Of a stretch of DNA of 64,000 bases, positions 25,421 through 36,978 are shown piece by piece. Location of the stretch: positions 75,208,001 through 75,272,000 of the forward strand of contig NC_058368.1 of the NCBI RefSeq assembly GCF_018350175.1, read 5' to 3'. This DNA is from Felis catus. Its lineage: Eukaryota. Position 1 is the first letter of the stretch, and each line of letters starts with the position of its first letter. The translations under genes and the position numbers were made by a program. Under the pieces are notes generated by a model. It was not told the DNA's origin. It saw only the letters and a program-made list of their open reading frames with translations, and did not search any database.

Positions 25421-27116
25421 GAGATCTCAGAAATACTAGAAAAAAAAATTGTCTCCTGAAATTAAGAATCCTCAGTCAGCCCATGGTTTGCTTGCTTTAA
25501 CTGCATTGGCTGTTATGGAAACTCCAGTTCATAGGAGAGGCTGTTGGAATCCTCCTTGATCAAGTTTGATTTCAGGATCAAAAGGCAGAGTGTTGACCCC
25601 ACCCCACCCCACCCCCAAAAATGTCAACTTATTAATGGGAGCTCTCTTGCCAATTGTATGTGTTGCTATGGCTGATCTTTAGCTAGCACTCCCTCTGTGT
25701 TCTCCTTTTGTTTTGCTAGGGCACTGCCTATATCATACCAGGTGCTAAAAGGTTGATTAAATACTTAAAATATTGCCCTGTACGTAGCTGACGCCCCTCA
25801 GCATATAGTTCAGCCTCTTTCCTAGCTTACGTCACTACTAATAATCAACTAATAAAATATAATATCCTTTTCTACTACATGTCATTTTGGTGATGCATAG
25901 AAAAATTGGTCCACATATTCTCCCCCAGATGCATTCTGCACGTACACTAAGTGCTGATTCATCATCTACACAATTATAGTGCAAATTGATGGTGTTCACC
26001 TTCAGAATAAAACACCTGCTTCCGCATGTCGGGAGAGCAACTGCTCTTGGTCCGATGGCACTGATGTCTCGTCACTTCCAATGATGTCATTTAACAGAGC
26101 AACTTTTGTCAACGGCTCCTTCTGATTTCTCCCTCAGCATGATATTTGCATTAACTTAGCGGCTAGCTATGCGAGCTTCTAGGTAACACAACGGCTTGTA
26201 CTTCTTGAGCGGAAAAGGGTTAATGTGAAGAAGCCCGGATGGTGTTGTTCTCTCTTCCCCACATTCAGTGAAAAATTAGCCCACGTGGCTCTGTAAGTGA
26301 TGTTTTGAATCTCTGGTGAAAGAAGAAAAGAACAATTGGCGTTAGCACAAAGGACAGTGAGTTTTAACAATGCGTTCAGTGTACCAATGACATCAGGATG
26401 CAGTTGGATGAAGTTTAATAACGGACCCCATCATAGGGCCTGGGTGCCAATGAATCCTGGATTCAATAAAACCTATTTTTCTCATGCTTCTGGTACCTTT
26501 GTGTGTAGTTTTCTGGTCGTGTTGCTTAGGAGAAACCATTATACTTACACATTACTTATCAAGGCACATAGAGACTCATACTTCATTTTGTCCTGGAGTT
26601 TATCCGTTTTATGTTTATGAGGTTTTATGGCATTTTGGTCCTTGCGCTGCGATTTGCATCATTATTTTTATGCATCGCTGACCTATTTTTCAGCCGCTCA
26701 TTCAATTCTTAGGAGTTAGAAATATAATGTCACCTAATAGCCAAAACGGAATCACATTTAACACATAACAGCCTACAAATCACACCGAATCGCATGCCTG
26801 GGCGTCAGAAATAGGATACAACATAATGGTTGAAAAGGATATCAAACCTAACACACAAGAGCACAAAAATCACGTGAAAGTCTATGTCTTCAGACGAAGG
26901 GCGTATGGTTCTAAAACGAAGCAACGCTGTAGTATTTGCAGTAAATGGCCTGCCTTAAGGCACCGATTATTAACCTCGAGAGCACGGGCACAACCTTATT
27001 CTACAGACTGCCCACGTTTAGCAACAAAAGGACCTCCGTGTTTTGCCTGCTTTAAGAGACACCGACGGGCGGAGAGGATGAGGGAGGGATGGAAATCGAT
27101 CAGTGCTGCGTCCACC

Positions 27117-27221
27117 ATGCCGTGTCAACTACGCCAGCAAGAAGAGAAGCGGGTGGTGTTGCTTTGTTTCCTTTTTGTTGGCTTGGCTGCTGTGTGCTTG
27201 TCTGCTTTTGCCGGAACCTGA
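27117..27221 (+). CDS. Hypothetical 34-aa single-TM micropeptide (in-frame upstream ATGs at 27078 and 26826)
   Basis: ccaccATG; MPCQLRQQEEKRVVLLCFLFVGLAAVCLSAFAGT; AATAAA at 27226; no expression or conservation evidence. Confidence 0.15.
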   Translation: MPCQLRQQEEKRVVLLCFLFVGLAAVCLSAFAGT

Positions 27222-27359
27222 AACTAATAAAAGTGGAGAAAAAGGACCGGCGAAAATAAAATTGCCTTTGCTGTACTCTCTCCCATTCACGACCCTCCCG
27301 CGTCTCTCGGGGGTGGGGGGAGGAAGAGTCCGCGGGCCCAACCCCTACGTGGGCGGGCC

Positions 27360-27870
27360 TTGTGACCCGCTTTACCCAGTAAAGGGCGATCAAGGCGATG
27401 CTGTGCAAATTTCAGAGCCTAGGCTTCCGAATGCCTTGTGGCTTCCTACAGCTTGTAGGCTCTTTGAGCCCAGCACCCCACCACGTGAGCAAGAGCCACC
27501 TAGCCTGTGCAGGGAGATGGAACCGGGATGCGCCAACCCAGCCGAGCCCCCCTGTGACAGCCAGCCCCTTGGTGAGCCACGGGATGACCCCAGGCATCGC
27601 TCGATTCGGCTTGCCCGAAGCAGAGGAAATGAGATCCCCAGCCCAAGCCTCAAGTAGCCTTTCAGTTTCCATTTGGCGCTCTGGGAACACGGTGCTGCCA
27701 CCGCAGGAAGGAGAGGTTGAGACCACGTAGGTGGGGCCACCCCAGCTGGAGCCCTGAAGACACTCCCCAGTGGGACGCCTCAGATGGTTGCAGTCACGTG
27801 CGTGGTACCAGGCAAGACCAGCAGAACGCCCCACGTGGGCCTCGCCCGAATTGCCCGTCCCTCTAAATCA
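27360..27870 (+). mobile_element. MLT1 (ERVL-MaLR) LTR fragments, apparently two in tandem
   Basis: aaatttcagagcctaggctt...ctctttgagcccagc...ccacgtgagc...gacagccagc; then gcagtcacgtg...agaccagcagaac...cccgaattgc. Confidence 0.7.
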
Positions 27871-28196
27871 GGAGCAAACTTCAGTCGGGCCCTTTATGGC
27901 TAGGTCTGGAGGGGCCAAAGGGGCCTGGGTTACCCAGCAGGGGACCACACAGGGCTGGCTGGTTCTCTGGGGAAGGAAGGTTTTGTCCTCATCCAGCAAG
28001 AAAAGTGCCGGGGGGGGGGGGGGGAGTTGCGTAGACAAAATTGTGCAAGTTGCAGGGTTTATCAAGTCATATTCCGCCAAAGACTATATGAGAGAGGCTA
28101 CTGAGAAGGTGGGCGGTGGCAGGTGAATTGAACGCTTTTATCATGGAGGAAGAGAACCGGAGAGAAGATGTTAAATTTGTCTCCTTCACAAATACA

Positions 28197-28375
28197 GGGG
28201 CGCCTGCATGGCTCAGTCGGTTAAGCGTCCAACTCTTGATTTCGGCTCAGGTCATGATCTCATGGTTTCGCGAGTTCCTGAGCTCGAGCCCCACTTAGGG
28301 CTCTGGTTGTCCCTCCCCCACTCACACTGTCTTTATCTCTCTCAAAATAAATAAATAAACGTTGAAAAAATTTTA
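28197..28375 (+). mobile_element. Can-SINE with internal deletion
   Basis: Head joined to tail, missing the gagcctg..gattc segment. Confidence 0.92.
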
Positions 28376-31119
28376 AGAAGTACAGTAAGAGTGTTTTCTG
28401 GACTCCTTGTAATTTTATGAAGATGCCTTCTCCTGTGATTTTTGACAATTTTAGATTGTCTAAATTTAGACAAGATTACTATACGTGAAGTGTAATCTCA
28501 TATAGAGAAGCAGAGACACTGTTTTTCTAATGCCTTACTTTTCTATGAGACTACCCAGAATGTATTTCACTGGTAGTTTTGCAGTAGATTCTGGACGAGA
28601 TGAGCTAGCCCAAACTCCAGAATACTGATATCACCAGTCTTTGAGATACATAGTCCTTCCTCACTGTATTTCTTCCTCAATAGGATATAAAGGCATTTCA
28701 TTTCTCCTTCCTCTGAAACATAAATGAGAGCAAACTAAGAGTGCCTTCAGCAACCTCTGGAGTTGCTTTTTATTTATAGCAGGCAAAGAAATAGGTAGAA
28801 ACACTATTTGTGACAAATGATAACAATTATGTCCACTTTTCCCCACTGAGATTTACAATATATATTCCGTTCTGACTGCCCGCATCTTTTGGATGTATAT
28901 GAAATTACCTACATCTACATTTTATTCCAAAATTGTAAACCTGATCATCTCAGGCGCTCTTAACTTGGCCATAAGAGTTCCGGGACTCTTTTCCTAAGAG
29001 GCACATTATTCCCCCAACAGCACCTTGATTGTCAAGGTTACCTGAGACAACTTCAAAGCTAAGTTACAGACTTCGCCCTGTGGAATTTTGCTCAGTGTAT
29101 TTCTAATGATGGGACTCTCCCTTCAAAGACAACAAACAAACAAACAAACAAAAAACTCCACCTGATGGTGTGACATATAATTCAATAAGCAGGAGAAAAA
29201 GAAAAAAAAATCATGATGGACGTGTACAAATATTAAGCATTAATGTATGTGCTCTATTTTCTCCAGATTCATTTTAGTGGTGTAATGACAGAGCTATCAT
29301 ATAAAAGGAAATGTGCCTAATGATGGATATTATACACTAAGGGTCTCTCTGCAGATAATATAGCATACATTATGCATTTAATTCCTTATATAAATCTGCA
29401 AGGTAAAAGATTGCAACCAAGCACCAAGAATGCCAAGTTCATAGATTTTAATATAAGTTTCCAAACCTCCCTCTTTTCCTTTCTCTCCTTTTCATCCCTC
29501 CTTCTTCCCTTCCCTCCTTTTAAAGATAGGTCTAGTGTCTAGAAAAATAGCATACATGGCTCAGTTTTTACCAAGTGCCCCTCTGGGTGGAAATCGCTTT
29601 GGGCAAACCAAAGAATTTTTGATTTTCGAGTATTGACCCTCAGTTTTGGATCAGAAGATACATTGATGACCTGATGAGAATGCTCGGTTTGTCCTTGCGT
29701 TTGTTTTCATATCCAAAAACTTAAGGGGACGTGGCTATGACGTGGGGACAGAGAAGCACATTGGCCAGAAACATGGACATCCTGAGGCAACTAAATCCCC
29801 ACGAAAGGGGATTATCATGGACACATTGCAGCATCAGGAAGAGAAAAGTCAGAAGAACCAAACACGGGGAAAATACTGAACTTGGATTTGAAAGTTTCGG
29901 GTTTAAGGATTAAATTATTTGTATTTCCATTACCTTGAGGAGCGAAGGTTTTCTAAGGATATTGTTCCTATATCAGAAACCTCAGCGCGACATCTGCATC
30001 ACAGAGATAAAATTATACAGAAGAAATGTGTGTCTAGGGAGCACTGAACTATTTCATTTGGGACTGGTTGAGCTTGAAATGGATTTCAGAAAATGTGGTC
30101 CCATTCCTTACTTTGTAATTAGAAATAATTTATACACAGCTATTAAAAATACACACCAAAAAAAAATCACATCTTTTCATTGCTATCTACTTTATTCACT
30201 ACACATAAAATATTACAACTGAATTCTGCATTCCTGACTTTACCCTTCACTTTCCATCCGATATATATCATGAGCAAAATGAGATTACGAAAAGACACCC
30301 TGGAGAATATTTTCCGCACCGATTTTATGTTTGGGTTTTTCTGTGTTTTGCTATTGTGGCTCACACCTGCAGATTGAGAACAGAAGGAAATTACCGTCTT
30401 GGTATTACTTGTGAATGTTGTGAGCAGTTTAGATCAAAGTTTGACATTCTGAGCTGTTTCACTCTCTCAAGGGAAAAAGTTTTCCCTGTGGAGAAGCTTC
30501 AAAAGTAAGCCTCCACATCCCTGGTCTTTTTGAAACAAATCTAGAGCCTTTGTAAGATTATTTTTGGATACCTGAGCCCTTGTATGGAGATAATGAATAA
30601 ATTGCTTAAAAAAGGGCCTCAGGAAATGATTAGAACCTCAAGCCCGTGTGTGTGTGTGCTGTGTTTAGTAAACACCAAAAACAGCAGATACTTTGCTGTA
30701 GGAATGCCTTCTTTAACCAATAGGTACGTATTCCTAGTGAGGGTGTAATTTTGTGCACACATTCACGGTTCTTCTTTTCCCATCGACACGTGATTATTAA
30801 ACAACTTGCCCCCCTGTATGGCTTGTGCATCTTTACTTTCCAGAGATCAAATGCTAATAATGCTATACCACATTTGCATATCGCTTTTAGCTATTTCCAT
30901 AGCTATTTTACAGACTGGGAAATTAAAACTCAGCGCAGTGAAATGACAGATCCATCGTGTAAAAGGTGTGGAAAGATGAATGTGAAATCAAATCCATAGT
31001 TACAGATTGGTTCGTTACAGACATCGTCGTGGCTCACGATTGTATTTGTTAAGTCAGGAGTAAGGACTGTGCTCAGACCAATTTTTTTCCCATGTTTAGT
31101 CAAGTGTTTTATTCCTCAG

Positions 31120-31270
31120 GATGGTCCTATGAAGTAGGTGATCTTATCCACATTTTATAGTCAAGGAAACTGAGGGACAGAGAGCTTCACCTAAGATCTC
31201 ACAGCTGGGGAATGGGGCCAAGATTTCAATCGAGGCCAGTTGATGTCTGAACTTACTGATTAAACCACTA
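31120..31270 (-). mobile_element. MIR
   Basis: cctatgaagtaggt...cattttatagtcaaggaaactgaggg...tcacagct. Confidence 0.8.
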
Positions 31271-31717
31271 AATTATCTCCTTTATAGATTAAGCCATAAG
31301 AAGTTGCCAGTATTCAATGATGTTCACATATAAAAACAGCAATTCCCTCTGGTGCAAACGATTATTGTCACCATCGCTTTTCGATGTTAAATGCAGTCTC
31401 TGTTGAATCTGCCTCTGCGTTATGGCATTTAAACTGGAAGCATGAAAGAAAGGTATTGTGTACTTAATTTATCGTCAGTGTAATTATAGTAAGTGAGTTA
31501 TAGGCCATAAGATAAGTAAATTCAAGCTGTAAATCAGACTTAACCCTTTTATATCACATAGCATTTCCTGTGGGAGGCGTATATTCAGGTCCTGTGTGCT
31601 TTATGTCCATACCCTCTGTGCAAGTAAAATAAAGATTGAAGTTCCTGTAGATGTAAAGTTAAACGTCATCTGAATCCTTAAAGTTTCAGCGTTTGAACTT
31701 AAAACTAGGAAATCTCT

Positions 31718-31955
31718 GGGGCGCGTGGGCGCCTCAGTCTGTTAAATGTCTGACTTTTGCTCCGGTCCTGATCTTGCCGATCTCGCGGTACCCTGGGTTC
31801 GAGCCCTGTGCCAGGCTCTGGGCTCTGCACTGGGCTCTGGGCTTTCTTGCTGATGGTGCAGAACCCACTTGGGATCCTCTGTCTTCCGCTCTCTCTGCCC
31901 GCCTCCACTCGTGTGTCTTTCTCTCAAAAATAAACATTAAAAAAAAAACAACAAC
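31718..31955 (+). mobile_element. Can-SINE with a small internal duplication
   Basis: ggctctgggct repeated; TSD aactaggaa(a/g)tctct. Confidence 0.93.
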
Positions 31956-32254
31956 AACAACTAGGAAGTCTCTGATTCCAAGACTAGAGTTTTTTTTTTA
32001 ATTATTTTAATCTGTATTCACGATGTCATTGTAAATGCTTTGCCAATGCTTTTCAAGTGCAATTAGAAAATTTTCAGAACTCATCATCTAAACACCTTTT
32101 ATAAAAGCCTTGAATCAGTCATTAGCAATTACTATAAATACATCGTGGATTTAGATTTTCTATGTTTTTCTTACAGTACTCTAAATAAAATAGTTCTCAA
32201 ATTCTTGAAGATAAAGTGATCGAAATATTGAACAATAAAATGAAAATTAATGTA

Positions 32255-32477
32255 GTTTTTAAAAACAAGATTTTAAATGTTTATTTATGTTTGAGAGAGA
32301 GAGAAACAGAGCATACGCAGGGGAGGGGCAGAGGGAGAGGGAGACACAGGATCTGAAGCAGGCTCCAGGCTCTGAGCTGTCAGCACAGAGCCTGACGCAA
32401 GGCTCGAACCCGCGAACCGTGAGATCATGACCTGAGCCGAAGTCGGACCCTTAACTGACAGAGCCACCCAGGTGCCC
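32255..32477 (-). mobile_element. SINEC_Fc
   Basis: TSD tgaaaattaatgta at 32241-32254 and 32478-32491. Confidence 0.96.
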
Positions 32478-33152
32478 TGAAAATTAATGTAATTTAAATA
32501 TCACATTAAAACGTGCCAAGTCATGAAATAGTGCAATGCGAACATTTCTACATTCAATTTTTTGCTGTGTCTAACAGATGCCTTCTCACACTAACTTCCA
32601 AACAAAGGAATACCAACATCAAGCAAAATACTCTTTTGAGGTCGGTGTTATTTTTAAAATCTATAGGTCAGTTATTTGATTGCCTGAGCATAAATGTCAA
32701 TCACCTGTATGTGAATACTGAATGTATTTAAAAGGGAGGCCAACAGACAAGTGGGGACCTCATTTATGTGCCTGCAGGGGGTGAACCGAAGCAGGGACGT
32801 GAAAGAGTCAGCACTGGTGTGGGGCACAAAAATGTCATTATGCAGTTCACCATATGCATTTGAGAAGGAATAACTGTTATTTTCATGATACAATCAAGGG
32901 CGTGACGCATGGTTTATACCACACTGTACAACTCATATCCTGTCCTTTAAGTGTGGCCCCCATCATCTAGTGTTACCCAGGAAACAAACTTGTAGTGACT
33001 CAACCAGCAACAGAAAGAAGCCTGTGTGTTAGTTCAGATCGTGGCAATGGAAAATCATGAAAACCTTGAAGAATGGCGATTATTTACGGTGGCAAAGATA
33101 AGACTAAGAAAATATCTAATATACGATGGCCTTCGAGTTGATAAGAATATCA

Positions 33153-33246
33153 TTATTTATTGTTTTTATTTGAGAGAGAGATAGAGAGAAAGAGAGCACA
33201 CTAGCAGGGGAGGGGGCAGAGGAAGAGAGAAAGAGAGAGAATCCTA
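33153..33246 (-). mobile_element. Can-SINE 3' fragment
   Basis: ttatttatt...gagagag...gcaggggagggggcagag...gaatcc. Confidence 0.85.
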
Positions 33247-33461
33247 GGGGCGCCTGGGTGGCGCAGTCGGTTAAGCGTCCGACTTCAGCCAGGTCACGAT
33301 CTCACGGTCTGTGAGTTCGAGCCCCGCATCGGGCTCTGAGCTGAATGGCTCAGAGCCTGGAGCCTGTTTCCGATGCTGTGTCTCCCTCTCTCTCTGCCCC
33401 TCCCCTGTTCATGCTCTGTCTCTCTCTGTCCCAAAAATAAATAAAACGTTGGAAAAAAAAA
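33247..33461 (+). mobile_element. Young SINEC_Fc nested in older SINE sequence
   Basis: TSD aaagagagagaatccta at 33230-33246 and 33462-33478. Confidence 0.97.
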
Positions 33462-33478
33462 AAAGAGAGAGAATCCTA

Positions 33479-33663
33479 TTTATTGACTGAATGATTGATT
33501 GATTGATTGATTGATTTAGAGAGAGGAGGAGGGAATGAATCCCAAGCAGGCTTCTCACTCAGCATGAAGCCTGACACAGGGTTCGATCTCACGACCTTGA
33601 GATCATGACCCGAGCCAAAATCCAGAGTCAGACGCTTAACCAACTGAGCCACGCAGGCACCCC
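33479..33663 (-). mobile_element. Older Can-SINE with (GATT)n tail
   Basis: Antisense consensus ending gcaggcacccc. Confidence 0.93.
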
Positions 33664-34129
33664 GCAACTATTTTAATGAGAATCGTCAACCTGATATTTT
33701 GTAGCTGAAGTTTTATTTTCATTTACCAAAAAGAACCATACATGCTGAGCTAGGCAACCATCTCTCTTACTTTTAAGATATACATGGTCCCCCAAGTCCA
33801 CATTTAAAGCACAAGCTTTCTAATTTAAAATAATCAAAGAAGGTTGAATGCTACTCAGTGAGAATCGTGCTCTTGCTTTACTGAGTAGCCAATCTAGTTT
33901 TCTCTTCGTGACGTGAAATTTAGTCACTGGTAGAATAAAGACAAAAGCAATCAGGGGCTGGTAAAAAGCAGCCAACAGGATAAGGTTTTTTAATGAGATC
34001 TCACCTGTTGTCTTTTTAAATTTTATAATGTTCAGAGTTTCTTCCCCAATTTAATAATTATTAATTACCAATTAATATTAATTATTGGTGAATATAAGTT
34101 TAGTTTTTTAAAGCAAGGAATCTTTACTT

Positions 34130-34378
34130 ATTTTTAAAACATTTTAAAATATTTATTTATTTATTTTTGAGAGAGAGAGAGAGAGAGAGAGAGAGGGAAA
34201 GAGAGGGAGAGAACAAGTGGGGGAATGGCAGAGAGAGAAGGAGACACAGAACCCAAAACAGGCTCCATGTTCCAAGTTGTCAGCACAGATTCCAACGCGG
34301 GGCTCGAACCCACAAACCATGAGATCATGACCGGAGCTGAAGTCAGGCACTCAACCGGCAGAGCCACCCAGATGCCCC
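34130..34378 (-). mobile_element. Can-SINE
   Basis: Antisense consensus match. Confidence 0.95.
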
Positions 34379-34815
34379 TTGGCTATTTTTAATTCAGTGT
34401 TGTTAAGAGAAAAGCCAATGTGCTTCTAAAAATAAATGGTATTTTCTCTGAAAAGGCATGTCTTTCAAACTTCTCCAACAAAAATACAATATGTACATGG
34501 TTAAAATATATAAAAACTAGAGTGCCAAGTCATTGGAACCTACAGAAAAGAACTGAAAGTTGGCAAAGACATAAGAATTATGTATGTAAAAGTTAAATAG
34601 CAATATAAAAAGCACACCTGATTGTCAAAAATAGAGAACATGCATTTCACACGAAAATTTCAAAATTCTACCAATATTTTATTACAGTCAGAAAGAACAA
34701 AAATTAGAAGACAGAAAACTTTTATCCCAGGTGTGGTGGTTTTGTCCATGCATTTCTTTACATAAATACAAATACACAATTTTATATGTATACTACATAT
34801 ATACACATATAATTT

Positions 34816-34871
34816 GTTTTTTTTTTAATTTTAGGGGTTTTTTTGAGAGAGAGAGAGAGACAGAGAGAGAG

Positions 34872-34906
<35 letters not shown>

Positions 34907-35068
34907 TCTGGAGAGGGGGCAGAGAGAGGGAGACACAGAATCTGAAGCAGGATCCAGGCTCAGAAGCTGTCTGCACAGAGCCTGACGTGGGGCTCGAACT
35001 CATGAACCACAAGATCATGCCCTGAACTGAAGTCCAACGCTTAACCGACTGAGCCACCCAGGCACCCC
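34816..35068 (-). mobile_element. Can-SINE with internal (GT)n
   Basis: Antisense consensus; TSD ataatttg. Confidence 0.95.
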
Positions 35069-35210
35069 ATAATTTGCTGGTTTTGATATAAATTTTGTCA
35101 AATGGAGGTTGAAGCTGAGCATCTAAGATATTTGCTTTAATTAAAATTATTTTTTGTATGCAAAGATTTGTTTTACTATTATATTGCCTAAGATCTCTGT
35201 AAAAATATCT

Positions 35211-35351
35211 GGGGCACCAGATTCCTGTGACACCTGGGTGGCTCAGTCAGTTAGGCATTGGACTCTTGGTTTTAGCTCAGGTCGTGATCTCAAGGTTTGT
35301 GATTTCGAGCCCCTTCTCAGTCTCTGTGCTGACGGCATGGAGCCTGCTCGG

Positions 35352-35398
<47 letters not shown>

Positions 35399-35450
35399 TC
35401 TACCCTGCTCTGGCTCTCTCTCAAAATAAATAAATAAACATTAAAAAAAA
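35211..35450 (+). mobile_element. Can-SINE
   Basis: Head has a short insertion (ggggcacc-agattcctgtga-cacctggg); long (CT)n. Confidence 0.93.
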
Positions 35451-35559
35451 TAAAACAACCATTCTTTTCAGTTAATAAATTATTCCTGAGGTCCCAAATA
35501 CATAAGGTTTGTTTGGCTGAATCCGTGGTTTCGGAAACTGAAGCTTCAGGTCCAAACTA

Positions 35560-36320
35560 GTCGCTTTATGCTGAATGAGGGGGGGAGTGCGGTGCTTCTG
35601 CTGCCTCCTCCAGGGGGCCCCGCAGCGCCAGGATTCCCACTGCCACCTCCCCGCGCAAAAGAGGAGACATGTCTGAAAACAGATACACGAGCCTCAAATC
35701 TTTCTTTTGTTGCCTAATACGTTTTCTGAAACCGCCTTCTAAATGAAATCATGGTACCAACTCAACAGAAACGTATACAAACTGAAGACGACCTTGGCAA
35801 TTCCTTTCGGACTGCATTTTCCGGGGCCCCGCTGTGTCCACCTCTGGCCAAGCCAGGCTGAACACAGAGGAGCTGCCATCACACGTCCCTTCTCCTGCTC
35901 ATTTCCTCTGATTTCATGTCCTTGCTCCTTGTCTGCAATGCATTGTCTGCCATCCACCAAGCAGGCATTTTAGAAGATGGTGCTTAGCCAGCCCACTTCG
36001 CTACTGCAAGGTCAAAGCTGGCTTGACCTTGACACGCGTGGTAGAAAGCCACAAACGTTAACGCTCAGCACGCGAAAGCGAGAGAGGACAGTTCCCGCGA
36101 TAATTGCAACGATTCTCGTAATGTGAAGATGCTTCCTAACAGGAGGTGCCTTTTGCGGTCGCGCCTTTATGAAACCACGTTCGCCTGCTGTAACGCCAGC
36201 TCCTTCTTTCTTACCAAAGAATTGTGTTAGGCTGACCCTGCTAACAAGAAATGCTCTTCTCCACCCGCGCAGCAGATGAACCTGCTCTCCAGTAAGGCTT
36301 CCTTTGCTCCGGCGAAGTTA
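35560..36320. promoter_or_regulatory. CpG-rich enhancer-like segment
   Basis: Many CpG/CGCG; CTCF-like cctccagggggccc at 35607-35620; paired CAAGGTCA sites at 36007-36032. Confidence 0.4.
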
Positions 36321-36769
36321 TTGTGCAAAGCCATTCTATTCTCAGTGACTTGCTTGGGGACATTCCAAACTACAGCATCCTTTATTAACGCTGTGAATAT
36401 CATTCATGTTTCCTATAAGGCAGGCTTCTTGTATGTGCATGGGAGTGGCGAAGCCATCTGCAAACCGAAGTTCCTGGTAATCCGTCTCGAATAGCAGGAG
36501 AAAGCCATCTAGCTGACCCAAGGCATCTATTTAACTTCGTAGGTGCCATTTGACTGGTCACAGTGGGATCTGTCAGAAAGCTGTAAGGCAAATGGTTCTG
36601 CCTGTCAGGTTATCACAGTTTGAAGAAAATGAACTTCTCAGAAATTGAACTCCACTAGTGATCACTTCTGATTTATTCTCTGCTGTGGCAGGCCACGGCT
36701 ATGCACGATTGCTTCCTTCATCTCCGCCATTTCATCGAGGGGCTTAGTCAAAGGAAAGAAATGGTTTAT

Positions 36770-36978
36770 GGGGCGCCTGGGTGGCTCAGTCGGTTAGGCA
36801 TCCAACTTCGGCTCAGGTCATGATCTCACGGCTGGTGAGTTCGAGCCCCGCATCAGGCTCTGTGCTGACAGCTCGGAGCCTGGAGCCTGCTTCGGATTCT
36901 ATGTCTCCCTCTCTCTCTGCTTATCCCCCACTCATGCTCTGTCTCTCTCTTAAAAATAAATAAACAAAAAATTTTAAA
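36770..36978 (+). mobile_element. SINEC_Fc
   Basis: TSD aaagaaatggtt. Confidence 0.96.

Larger units (their letters stand above)
26700..28030. promoter_or_regulatory. CpG-rich island-like segment with GC boxes and E-boxes
   Basis: Visibly high CpG density relative to flanks; GGGCGG at 27067 and 27351; several CACGTG. Confidence 0.5.

Noticed and set aside
27103..27657. Longest ORF (184 aa)
   Set aside because: Starts at GTG, runs through a GC-rich MLT1 LTR where stops are rare, and has no recognisable domain
29350..29383. TATAGCATACATTAT, a 15-bp exact match to the loxP spacer and inner arms
   Set aside because: The 13-bp Cre-binding arms match only about 6/13 and 5/13; AT-rich coincidence, and no vector sequence nearby
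29267..29402. Exon-like segment (ttttctccag … AAG|gtaaaa)
   Set aside because: Weak donor and in-frame stop; nothing links it to the other candidate exons
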